Below are positions 9,042 to 17,987 of a DNA stretch of 40,532 bases, piece after piece (the first letter of the stretch is position 1; every line of letters starts with the position of its first letter). The DNA comes from a virus. The translations under genes and the position numbers were made by a program. The DNA lies in the IMG/VR virus record IMGVR_UViG_2799112910_000003, positions 1 to 40,532 of that record; one strand, 5' to 3'. The notes below the pieces were generated by a model that saw only the letters and a program-made list of their open reading frames with translations, made no database searches and was not told where the DNA came from.

Positions 9042-10031
9042 ATGGAGGTTAGATCGATGTTGAAAATACCAAAGAAGATAGCAAGAGATACGCGGTTATC
9101 ATCAGGGTGCCGATTAATATATGGTGAACTTATGGATTTTGGTGAAATAAGTGTAGAGGAACTAGCAGTGATTTATAAAATATCTAAAAAAACGTTAATA
9201 AGAAGAATAAATCAGCTAGTAAAGTATGGTTATATTCAGTACGAATATATTTGTAAAAAACTACCAAAATTGATAATAATAAAAAGTGGACAAAATTGTC
9301 CCAAAATTGGGACAAAATTGTCCCAAAACGTGGACAAAAATGTCCAAAAAGAAGGACAAAAAGAGGATTTAAAAAAAGAGTTTGTCGAAAAAGAAAAAGA
9401 AAAAAAAAGTAGCAAAAAAAAAGAAAAAGACTTAGATATAAATAAATATATATATTATATTAATAACCCAAATAAGACTAAGTATACAAATAAACTAAGC
9501 AGAAAAAAAATTAAAAATATTTATTTTTCAAAAGAAAGTGAAAAGAAAAGTAACGAAAAAGTCAAGACGAAAGATGACAAAATCGAAAGTGGGATAGGAG
9601 CCCAAAACGTAAATAGTGATTACGAGCACGTAAGTGCCCCAAATTTCGACGAAAATGCTTCAAAGGTAAAATTACCCTCTGAAGAAAAAAAAATCGAAAA
9701 AAATGGGGTTAGAATTAAAAAAAAGGGAATGGAACTAATAAATCTCGTAAACCAGTATACCAAAAATACGGATTTAGTTCTATCAATCCTTGAATTCATA
9801 AGGATGCGAAGCGTTATTAAAAAGCCCTTGACTAAGTATGCGCTTGAGATATCTCTAAGACGCCTAGATTCCCTATCAACTGACGATGAAACAAAAAAAC
9901 AAATAGTCGACAGGAGCATACAAAAAAATTGGTTGTCATTCTATCCATTGCCCTCGCACGATGGGGAAACAAAAGAAAATTCGGGGGAAACAAAAGAAAA
10001 TAATGACAATAACAGCTACGTCATTGAATAA
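9042..10031 (+). CDS. Phage replication initiator (N-terminal HTH, internal iterons)
   Basis: DTRLSSGCRLIYGEL wHTH; C-terminal EFIRMRSVIKKPLT..WLSFYPL; directly upstream of the loader. Confidence 0.8.
   Translation: MEVRSMLKIPKKIARDTRLSSGCRLIYGELMDFGEISVEELAVIYKISKKTLIRRINQLVKYGYIQYEYICKKLPKLIIIKSGQNCPKIGTKLSQNVDKNVQKEGQKEDLKKEFVEKEKEKKSSKKKEKDLDINKYIYYINNPNKTKYTNKLSRKKIKNIYFSKESEKKSNEKVKTKDDKIESGIGAQNVNSDYEHVSAPNFDENASKVKLPSEEKKIEKNGVRIKKKGMELINLVNQYTKNTDLVLSILEFIRMRSVIKKPLTKYALEISLRRLDSLSTDDETKKQIVDRSIQKNWLSFYPLPSHDGETKENSGETKENNDNNSYVIE
9288..9360. repeat. Replication-origin iterons
   Basis: GGACAAAA(T/A)TGTCC-type repeats starting at 9288, 9310, 9332 and 9354 (last one partial), followed by an A/T-rich tract. 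Confidence 0.75.
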
Positions 10032-10055
10032 CATTGAGTTTGAAAGGAGATAATC

Positions 10056-10829
10056 ATGAGTTCTTCACCTAATCAATTTACGAAAGATTTTGTGAGAAAA
10101 CTTGCACATATCGCAAAGAAAAACTTGAAAATTAAAGATGGCGATTATCAAAAAAATGAGATTTGGTACTGTGGGAAATGTAATATGCCAATGCAAATAA
10201 AATCTGGTGATGAATTACTTTGCATATCTTGTCACTGCGTTATTAACGAGATGAAAAAGCACAAAGAAAAAATGCATTCTTACGATTACGAGATCACAAA
10301 AGAAAATCTTGTCAAAAATGCATTCTACGATATTAATTTTAAATACGTAACTTTTGATAAAATACCAGAGAATGATCATAATGATGAAATTGTAGAATAT
10401 GTACAAAATTTTGACAAAAATACAAGCGAAGGTCTACTCATAAATGGAAGTATTCGAAGTGGGAAAACGACCATTGCTCTATGTATCACAAATGCATTAT
10501 TAAATAGGGGTTTTAAATGTAAGTATACTAATGCATTGAGATTACACAACGATTTTATCATAAGTAAAAATCAATTGCTTGATGATATCAGACAATTTGA
10601 TTTAATCATAATAGATGACTTCTTAGATAGTCATGACTTGAGTAATAAATTTTTGATATCAAACATGTATCAAATTATTAACTCACGTTTTGAATCTAAC
10701 CAACCTATGATAGTAGTAACTTCACTACCAAATGTTCAAATGCATTCTACAAATGATCTTTTAATCGCTAAGATATTTTCTAAAATTTTATTAACATGCA
10801 AAGAATTGATTTTTTCAAGGAAAATGTAA
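10056..10829 (+). CDS. DnaC/IstB-like helicase loader ATPase
   Basis: CxxC..CxxC N-terminus, GSIRSGKTT, IIIDDF, IINSRFESNQPMIVVT. Confidence 0.85.
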   Translation: MSSSPNQFTKDFVRKLAHIAKKNLKIKDGDYQKNEIWYCGKCNMPMQIKSGDELLCISCHCVINEMKKHKEKMHSYDYEITKENLVKNAFYDINFKYVTFDKIPENDHNDEIVEYVQNFDKNTSEGLLINGSIRSGKTTIALCITNALLNRGFKCKYTNALRLHNDFIISKNQLLDDIRQFDLIIIDDFLDSHDLSNKFLISNMYQIINSRFESNQPMIVVTSLPNVQMHSTNDLLIAKIFSKILLTCKELIFSRKM

Positions 10830-10873
10830 TAATATATATATTATTTTTATAGTGATTTGTATATAATATAAAT

Positions 10874-12607
10874 ATGGAAACATCACCAAAAATAACTATT
10901 AATCTGCTAAATAAACAAGCTAATAACGGCATTGTTTGGACTTGTAGTGGAAACAAAAGTTTTGGTAACCTTTCTCTACTTAGTAATGTGGAAAAGGTCG
11001 AAAACCAATTTATGGATCTATCTTTAAACCGAAGTGTTTTAGATGAAACACTCGATGATACCTATCAAAACGTGGCGTTTATGTCTGATTCACTATCCGA
11101 TGAAAACTGTAATTTTCAAGACGTTTGGGTACATGGCGATCTACCTGTAATATCAGACTTCTATACACTAACTATTAAGTTCGGCCCTATATACCCCAAA
11201 AAAATAAGAATCGATTATTATAATGGTTCTGTTTCATCTGAAATAATCGATAACATAGATTCAAATACCGTGTATACAAAACAAGCTAAAAAAACAATAT
11301 CCGCTATATCAATAAATTTTTTGGAATCTTATGAACCATTTAGCTATGCACACTTGCAAAATCTTTTGGTCGGTGGTATACTTGAAATTGACAGTGAAGA
11401 AATAACTGAAATGAGTATGATGGAATCAAGTAGCGAACTGTCTGAGGAACTAAAAATTAGTACCTTGACAGCTGAGGTCTATTTGGATGAGTCGTATAAT
11501 AATATGTACACTTATGAACTGTTCTCATACTTTATTAGATCCGGAACACCATCAAATGCACAGGTTAAAATAATAAATGATGGCGTTGAAACTGATTTGT
11601 TCCTAGGCAGATTCTATGTGAATAAAATATCATACGTTCGTGAAAATATGGTACGTATTGATCTGTTTTCATTACTTGGAGTAATGAGTAAGATAAATTA
11701 TAATTCCTCTCCTCTATCAACTGGCAACTTATCTTTTTATGACTTCCTTTCTGATGTATTTGCACAAACAGCAAATTATATGGGTTTAAATGCTCAGGAT
11801 TTGTTCGAAATATATTCGCCCATTGAAAGAAATATACTTGATAAAGAAGTAAATGGTTTTATACCTGTAGGTACATGCCGAGACGCTCTTCAATGTATTC
11901 TGTTCGATAGCTCTCTGGGCGTTCTTGATACTAGAAGTTCAAAGCTTATTATTAAAAGTATCAATAGCCAATCACCACCTATTTCGATCGGCGCGAACTT
12001 TATACTTTCAGAACCTAAAATAGAAAATAAGCCTCCTCTGAAACAAGTGAATCTAGAATATTTCGTGTACTCACTCAATGAAGATTCTTTTATATTTAGA
12101 CTCCTTTCTTCTGGGCAATATCAGTTTCCAACACCAATTAATGTAAGTTCCATTAGATTTGAACACCAACCTTCCGTTACTTTTAATTATACACTTATGG
12201 GTGCCATGGGTATTCAGATCGATTTTACCAGTGAACCTCTAGATGGCGTCTCGATTTATGCTGAAAAACTTATATCTGATAAATTTGATATGTATGCTCA
12301 ATTTAATAACGAAGATTTTAATGGAAGAATTATATCAGTGGGCCCTGCTTATCTAGATTCAAGAAGTAATGAACACGACGAACCAGAGTATGCTATAAAT
12401 CTAATAGAATACCTTGACTCACATAAAGTTAAAATCGAATTTGAATATATTTGTCTTAATACAAAACCTTCTGATATTGTTCAATTAATGTCTTCAGATG
12501 ATTCTCAATTAGCTGTTGGGACTATCGTATACCAAAATATCGATGTCGCACGTGGTATGGTTACTAATTGTGAAATATTAACACGCGATTCTTGGAACCC
12601 TGATTAA
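10874..12607 (+). CDS. Probable tail/baseplate protein
   Basis: LGRFYVNKI..GFIPVGTCRDALQ pattern resembling proteins that follow Dit in Clostridia siphophages. Confidence 0.6.
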   Translation: METSPKITINLLNKQANNGIVWTCSGNKSFGNLSLLSNVEKVENQFMDLSLNRSVLDETLDDTYQNVAFMSDSLSDENCNFQDVWVHGDLPVISDFYTLTIKFGPIYPKKIRIDYYNGSVSSEIIDNIDSNTVYTKQAKKTISAISINFLESYEPFSYAHLQNLLVGGILEIDSEEITEMSMMESSSELSEELKISTLTAEVYLDESYNNMYTYELFSYFIRSGTPSNAQVKIINDGVETDLFLGRFYVNKISYVRENMVRIDLFSLLGVMSKINYNSSPLSTGNLSFYDFLSDVFAQTANYMGLNAQDLFEIYSPIERNILDKEVNGFIPVGTCRDALQCILFDSSLGVLDTRSSKLIIKSINSQSPPISIGANFILSEPKIENKPPLKQVNLEYFVYSLNEDSFIFRLLSSGQYQFPTPINVSSIRFEHQPSVTFNYTLMGAMGIQIDFTSEPLDGVSIYAEKLISDKFDMYAQFNNEDFNGRIISVGPAYLDSRSNEHDEPEYAINLIEYLDSHKVKIEFEYICLNTKPSDIVQLMSSDDSQLAVGTIVYQNIDVARGMVTNCEILTRDSWNPD

Positions 12608-12613
12608 GATTTA

Positions 12614-12830
12614 TTGACTTTTTTATCTTTTTCATTCTATAATTGTGGTATGGCCTATTGTACGGGTCGTTATTTATGAATATATATTATAATAACAACC
12701 ACATTACCGGTGCGGTTGTTTTTTTGGTTCTATGATATAATTAAGGTATGGCTCATTATGCGAGTCGTTATATTTAGTTTTTGATATTAATTATAACAAC
12801 CACATTGCAGGTGCGGTTGTTATTTTTTTG
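12614..12830 (+). ncRNA. Two tandem orphan antitoxin-like sRNA units
   Basis: Each has GGTATGGC..CG(G/A)GTCGTTAT, a hairpin AACAACC..GGTTGTT and a U-tract. Unit 1 has TTGACT..TATAAT upstream. Confidence 0.6.
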
Positions 12831-12876
12831 ATTCTATGATATAGTAAAGGTATGGCCTATCGTACGGGCCGTCTAA

Positions 12877-13005
12877 TTAATTTTTAATTATTACAATAAC
12901 GACCGCATCGTGAGTGCGGTTGTTATTTTTGTATTCTTTAAATTGAAGAATCAACGAAATAAATTCGATTGATAATATCAAAATGTCGAATATCAAATCT
13001 AACAT
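12877..13005 (-). CDS. Type I TA toxin-like peptide, 42 aa (MLDLIFDILILSIEFISLILQFKEYKNNNRTHDAVVIVIIKN); antisense sRNA on + at about 12850-12930
   Basis: AAAGGAGG RBS; leader complementary to the 3' end; sRNA terminator hairpin lies inside the ORF. Confidence 0.72.
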   Translation of the reverse strand: MLDLIFDILILSIEFISLILQFKEYKNNNRTHDAVVIVIIKN

Positions 13006-13207
13006 TTTATCGCCTCCTTTCTTGAGATAAACCTTCTCAAAAAAGAAAAACGACCCGCACTTTAATAAACCATACCTTAAATCATTATATTCCCCAACTG
13101 CTTGAAAATCTACTGTATTAATTATAAACCTTGACAACTTTTTATATTTTGTGTTTAATATATTCTCATCTTATAAATATGTGCGATTTGCACTTGAAGG
13201 AGTTTTT

Positions 13208-14545
13208 ATGATTAATAGACATTTTAAAAAAATGTTGAGCTGTATACTTGGGGCTGGAGTTTTGTTTTTCAATAGTCACGTCTCTTTCGCTGGTAATCTT
13301 GATCCTTTAAAGGAACATCCTGAATTAGTAAAAAAATATTTGGATCAAGAAATAGAATATAATAAAATTCACGATTTATCGTCGACTAATGTTTCGTACA
13401 CTCGTAAGGAAGATTTTTTCTTGTATGATGAGCTAAGAACTATAACACTTCATAATGTGCATAGTGCTTTTGATTCGAATGAGGGAATTATTCCAAATTA
13501 TCTTAAGGCTATTCAAAATACTATGGATACTCTTAGAAAATACGCTGAAGCTATTTATAGTGGGAATTATGAACTAAAAGGTAAGGACGAAAATGAACGT
13601 TTGCGGAATTTTTTGGCGGACGTAAGTGAAGAAATTTCAATTAAACCTTCTATTACAAGTTTAGGTAGGGGCCTTTATGGATATGGTAATTTCAAAAGCC
13701 ACCACGCTATTGATATTGCAAATGCTGTGGTGGCATCAATGTTTACTGTCTCAATGGAACTTGAACGAAGTTATTGGGGAGTTGCTTGGGATATTTTTGA
13801 TATTATATCATTGGTTGTAATGTTCGTTCCGTACGGTTGTGCATCTGGTGGGGTGACTCGTTGCGCAACGAGTGCTACTAAATCCTTTTGGGCTAAAAAT
13901 GGTACAACGTTTGTTACAAAAAAAACTGCCGAGAAATTAGGGTATAATAATATTCGCACATTTGGTGGTAAATTAGTAAATGGTGCTTATAAAATCGCTC
14001 CTGAAGTTTTGGAGGCTCTTGGCTTATGGCTTAAATCTATTGGTGTTAAATGTCCATCACTTGCTATGAAGAAAGGTGCTGTTTTGGCCGCTAGTATTGC
14101 CGGGCGACAAATACTTACTGGTGTAAAAGATAATATAATCTGGGGCCTTGCAAAAAATTCAAAAAATTCACTTAATTCTGATGGTAATTTTGATTTGAGT
14201 GTTCAACTTACTAAGCAAAGAGTTAATTGTACCGAACAAGCCCTTAGAAGATTACATTCACAAATAATAAACGAAACTGATAAAGTATTAGATTCTAATG
14301 TTTTGGTGTGCGCAATTGATAGAAGAAATTTAAATACTTGGATTCCTGGATTGGCCCTTGCTAATAGGTTTAATGAGCCTCAGAAATCTTTCCTCTATTT
14401 CTATAAAGTCCCTGGTGCTATGAGCCCAACAGTCAGAAATAGTAAGGAACGTTATCGTGAAACTATAATGCAACTTAAAGAAGCTTTAATTGACTCTGAT
14501 AGATTTTCAGAAAACATGAAAGATGATATAAATAATATTAAGTAG
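13208..14545 (+). CDS. Hypothetical secreted or membrane-associated protein
   Basis: GAAGGAG RBS before the ATG at 13208; signal-peptide-like N-terminus; internal hydrophobic segment. Confidence 0.6.
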   Translation: MINRHFKKMLSCILGAGVLFFNSHVSFAGNLDPLKEHPELVKKYLDQEIEYNKIHDLSSTNVSYTRKEDFFLYDELRTITLHNVHSAFDSNEGIIPNYLKAIQNTMDTLRKYAEAIYSGNYELKGKDENERLRNFLADVSEEISIKPSITSLGRGLYGYGNFKSHHAIDIANAVVASMFTVSMELERSYWGVAWDIFDIISLVVMFVPYGCASGGVTRCATSATKSFWAKNGTTFVTKKTAEKLGYNNIRTFGGKLVNGAYKIAPEVLEALGLWLKSIGVKCPSLAMKKGAVLAASIAGRQILTGVKDNIIWGLAKNSKNSLNSDGNFDLSVQLTKQRVNCTEQALRRLHSQIINETDKVLDSNVLVCAIDRRNLNTWIPGLALANRFNEPQKSFLYFYKVPGAMSPTVRNSKERYRETIMQLKEALIDSDRFSENMKDDINNIK

Positions 14546-14552
14546 GTGCTAC

Positions 14553-15137
14553 ATGACTAATGGACTTATGTGTTATTTAATTGGTTCTGGCTTACTTCTT
14601 TCATCTATTGGTGTTGGTGTGTATAAAGGTGTTAATTCACCTTATTCGGTATATCGTAAACAAAGGTATGAAAGACACACGAAATGGCTATCTGAAGTCC
14701 TTAGAGATCCTAATAGGAAATATGGTGAATATCAAGCTCTAGTTGAGTTGGACGAGGCTAGAGAAGAATTTGCAATATATGAAAAAATCTGTTCGTTAAT
14801 AATTGATAATAATCCAAAATTAAATGAAATAGAAAAAACAACCTATTTGCGCTCAATTCAAAGAATCATCTCTACTATGCCTTATGATTGTAAAATCCCC
14901 AGGTATAGTCTAAATGATGAAGATTTTACTCTAAGTAGTGAACGAAAAAGAATTAAAAAAGAAATTAAAAAATTTATGGTATCTCATGGTATGAAATTTA
15001 GATATGATGCAACCAGTGATATTCAGTATTATGAACTTGATAAATTAACAATTGACGAGGTAAATAGAAAAATAAAGTTTTGTGAAAGCCTTAGTGGACC
15101 GGATGACCAGATGCTACCGTACGTTGGCTCGGCATGA
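14553..15137 (+). CDS. Hypothetical protein with an N-terminal membrane anchor
   Basis: LMCYLIGSGLLLSSIGVGVY hydrophobic segment; coupled to the upstream gene. Confidence 0.55.
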   Translation: MTNGLMCYLIGSGLLLSSIGVGVYKGVNSPYSVYRKQRYERHTKWLSEVLRDPNRKYGEYQALVELDEAREEFAIYEKICSLIIDNNPKLNEIEKTTYLRSIQRIISTMPYDCKIPRYSLNDEDFTLSSERKRIKKEIKKFMVSHGMKFRYDATSDIQYYELDKLTIDEVNRKIKFCESLSGPDDQMLPYVGSA

Positions 15138-15142
15138 AAAAT

Positions 15143-15167
15143 TCCCACGCAAGAAAGCGTGGGACTA
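15143..15167. terminator. Probable bidirectional intrinsic terminator
   Basis: TCCCACGC-aagaaa-GCGTGGGA stem flanked by A/T tracts. Confidence 0.6.
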
Positions 15168-15175
15168 ATTTATAA

Positions 15176-16358
15176 GGCCGCGCGAGAAAACCCAAATGAT
15201 TAATCATTGGGATGAGAGCGTGGTCCATCCCTTTGTTAAGATTGTATGTAGATTTTAACCATACGATGTGGTATAATGCAATAGTTGGAGGTGAGAAAAG
15301 TGATACTAACATATAAGATAAAACATAATCGAGATTTTTCTGACGAACTTGTTAAAGCCAAATTAGTCGCCCAAATTGCTTTAGAATCTCCTAAGTGGTT
15401 AAGTTCTAAAGATGTAAAACATATAGGACTAAAATCTGCTATTAGTTGTCAAATCTTGAATAAATACCATAAAAGAAATCGAAATGTTAAAAAGATCAGA
15501 TCAGTTAAGTTGACATTGCCGTCTCAATCTTGCAAAAAATTAGAAAATGAAATCTATGTACCTTGTTTAAAACTTAGAATTGAATTTTCTAAAGGCGTTG
15601 AAAAAATTAATCAAATTGAAATCGGCGACAAATATGCATATATTTCTTGCACTGTTAAAGAAAGCCCTAAGTTCGAAATCAAAACTCACATTGGTGTAGA
15701 TTGCAATGCTGTAGGGAATCTTTGTACAATTGCGGTTAAAGAAACAGGGAAAGTTTACAAACTAGGGAAACGGGCTATCCATGTACGTAAAAAATACAAA
15801 GCTATGAGGCGCCATCTTCAGAAAAAAGGCAAATATAAAAAAGTAAAAAATATTGGTAACAAGGAGCAACGTATATGTCTAGATATTAACCATAAAATTA
15901 GCAGAAAAATTGTCGATTTAGCAGTGGCAAACAAAAGCGTAATTAGATTTGAAAACCTAAAAGGTATAAGAAAATCTAAGAAAAAATCAAGGTCTTTAAG
16001 AGGCACTTTGAACTCTTGGTCTTTCTATCAACTACAAAAATTTGTTGAATACAAAGCTCAACAAGCAGGTGCCGAGGTAATCTATATAGATCCATACATG
16101 ACAAGCAAATGCTGTTCTAAATGTGGACATATAGGGGACCGAAACAAAAAGAACTTTAAATGCTTGAATTGTGGCCACTTTGAACATGCTGATGTCAATG
16201 CTGCATTTAATATCGCATTGCCATCTGAGGCATTAGTTCAATTGTCCGTAGACAGGGATGCGGGCAATGGGCATCTGGCTTGCCCAAATGGTGCAACACC
16301 CGATAAGGTTGCGGGGTGACCCAAGAACCCGCATGGCTTTAGCCTGCGGAGTATGTCA
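15176..16358 (+). mobile_element. Non-autonomous IS200/IS605-family element (tnpB only)
   Basis: Left-end hairpin CCAAATGATTAATCATTGGG and right-end CCCGCATGGCTTTAGCCTGCGGAGTATGTCA; no tnpA. Boundaries are approximate (a few nt). Confidence 0.8.
15285..16319 (+). CDS. tnpB: TnpB RNA-guided endonuclease
   Basis: RuvC motifs IGVDCN, FENLKG and HADVNAAFNI; zinc finger CSKCG..CLNCG. Confidence 0.92.
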   Translation: MEVRKVILTYKIKHNRDFSDELVKAKLVAQIALESPKWLSSKDVKHIGLKSAISCQILNKYHKRNRNVKKIRSVKLTLPSQSCKKLENEIYVPCLKLRIEFSKGVEKINQIEIGDKYAYISCTVKESPKFEIKTHIGVDCNAVGNLCTIAVKETGKVYKLGKRAIHVRKKYKAMRRHLQKKGKYKKVKNIGNKEQRICLDINHKISRKIVDLAVANKSVIRFENLKGIRKSKKKSRSLRGTLNSWSFYQLQKFVEYKAQQAGAEVIYIDPYMTSKCCSKCGHIGDRNKKNFKCLNCGHFEHADVNAAFNIALPSEALVQLSVDRDAGNGHLACPNGATPDKVAG

Positions 16359-16490
16359 GTACTTATTATTTCTTTTTATTATTTCGTTATATTGTTTTTC
16401 CGTAATAAAACCTCTTGTCTTTGCTAGCTCTAACTGTTTTTCACTCCACAGCCCTCTATCAAAGTTCTTCTTTATTAGTTCATATGTCAT
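16356..16490 (-). CDS. xkdX: XkdX-family protein, 44 aa (MTYELIKKNFDRGLWSEKQLELAKTRGFITEKQYNEIIKRNNKY)
   Basis: Manual translation; characteristic IKKNFDRGLW..G.IT..QY.EI pattern. Confidence 0.75.
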   Translation of the reverse strand: MTYELIKKNFDRGLWSEKQLELAKTRGFITEKQYNEIIKRNNKY

Positions 16491-16618
16491 ATAATACCTC
16501 CTATTACCCTTTATACTATATATTATACCACTTTCAATTAATTTGTCAATAGTTTATTATGAAATAAGCAGGATGTCTGGAAGCGGTTGGTCACTCTCCA
16601 AGTATTGGAGGTGATTTT

Positions 16619-16684
16619 ATGAATATAGATCTATTACTAATAGTGATACTATTTATAATAATCTATAAAATATTCAAAAAATAA
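16619..16684 (+). CDS. Type I TA toxin-like peptide, 21 aa (MNIDLLLIVILFIIIYKIFKK); module about 16565-16796
   Basis: GGAGGTG RBS; AGCAGGAT/ATCCTGCT and GTCACTCT/AGAGTGAC complementarity; antisense TTGACA..TATAAT. Confidence 0.7.
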   Translation: MNIDLLLIVILFIIIYKIFKK

Positions 16685-16792
16685 CCGCTACTGTGTAAGA
16701 GTGACGGTTATCAATAATCTCACTTATTAACTACAACGGACTAACCGCTTTTGCGGTATCCTGCTATTATTATACCTCTTTTTTAATTTTTG

Positions 16793-17201
16793 TCAACTTA
16801 CAAATCTTGTTATCGCCTGCACTGTTTGTTCTACCTGAAAAAAATCATCTTCAAAACGTCTAGATATATGTGCATGTTCACTAATTTGCATCCTTACTAT
16901 TTCACCACTATTAAATTGAATTGGATAATAGTCAAGAATACTTGTTTCTTCGCCCTCATAAGATATTTCGGCACCTTCGAGCCAATATCCAATTGAAGAT
17001 GCACTCAATCTCACCACACACTAAAGTCTTTATTGATGACGAATTAACAGATAATAATACACTCATACCGGTTTTGCGTTCGTTGGTTTCACATAACATT
17101 ACGCCACCAGTTTGTTTAATTTGTTCTGGTATAAATGGACATTCGTTTATAAGATCTAAAATTCGTGAATATATCACATAAATAGGGCTATTTATCATCA
17201 T
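16793..17201 (-). pseudogene. Probable tail terminator/completion gene split by a frameshift
   Basis: Two overlapping frames (17201-16956 and 17017-16793) join near 17015-17025 into one plausible ~135-aa product. Confidence 0.55.
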
Positions 17202-17575
17202 ACTTCCTCCTGAAGCTCCCTAATCCATTTTTGTTTATTATCATCCACACACCTCTTTACCCACAAAGCACCTGCTTTTGGATTTTTGCTACGGTTATAG
17301 TTTAAATTTCGATTGGTAAGATATTTTCTTTCACCTCTCCTCGCCCAAGCCCTTCCGTCTCTAGTTAACATTAATTTGCCATACCATTGATATCTTGCAT
17401 ATGGTGTTTCATATATTATGTATCTTGAATCTTTTGTTATATATCCACTCGCTTCAAGACGACCAGTGTCTCGTGGTACATAGATTCTTGAATCATTTAG
17501 TACTTTATTCGCGAGTGACTTCCTCATTTGATTTGATATATTTCTTATAACTGTACTATATACAACTTGTCTCAT
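17198..17575 (-). CDS. Minor capsid/tail-completion protein
   Basis: YVPRDTGRLEASG..TPYARYQWYG..AGALW. Confidence 0.8.
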   Translation of the reverse strand: MRQVVYSTVIRNISNQMRKSLANKVLNDSRIYVPRDTGRLEASGYITKDSRYIIYETPYARYQWYGKLMLTRDGRAWARRGERKYLTNRNLNYNRSKNPKAGALWVKRCVDDNKQKWIRELQEEV

Positions 17576-17578
17576 ATT

Positions 17579-17971
17579 TTACCTCGTTGGTTTTTTTGAA
17601 ACCATACTACAAGACAATCCCCTTATTATTCGTTCCTCTCCATTTACATATTCGATTATATCTCTTACCTTTGAAATATACCCCTTATACGTATCAAATC
17701 CTGTATTTGTAGGTATTGTTATCATATGGAACTCTTTCTTTTCAGTCAATTTTTGAAAAAGCCTATCATATTGTTCCATATCATAAAAAGTACCAAATGT
17801 CAGTTCGTAATTAAAATAAATGCCGAGTATCTCACGCCTTAAATCACCGTCAATTGTCCTTAGCGCATATTTATCTAATACATCAGCATGCCTCGTAATT
17901 TGTACAAGACCAACTCCAAAAGGTTCCCCATCTATCAATAATGTATCATTACCATTTATAAATTGCGCCAT
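17579..17971 (-). CDS. Distal tail protein (Dit)-like
   Basis: Directly after the tape measure; RTIDGDLRREILG..YNYELTFG. Confidence 0.65.
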   Translation of the reverse strand: MAQFINGNDTLLIDGEPFGVGLVQITRHADVLDKYALRTIDGDLRREILGIYFNYELTFGTFYDMEQYDRLFQKLTEKKEFHMITIPTNTGFDTYKGYISKVRDIIEYVNGEERIIRGLSCSMVSKKPTR

Positions 17972-17987
17972 TAATTAATCACCTCAA

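Noticed and set aside
9963-10000. 21-bp tandem duplication at the end of rep (GETKENS-GETKEN)
   Set aside because: An in-frame slippage duplication in a disordered tail; no sign of function.
12877-13137. Extended ORF-track versions of the toxin peptides (12877..13137, 30243..30437, 35885..36070)
   Set aside because: Strong SD sequences sit just before the internal Met; the extensions are the structured 5' leaders.
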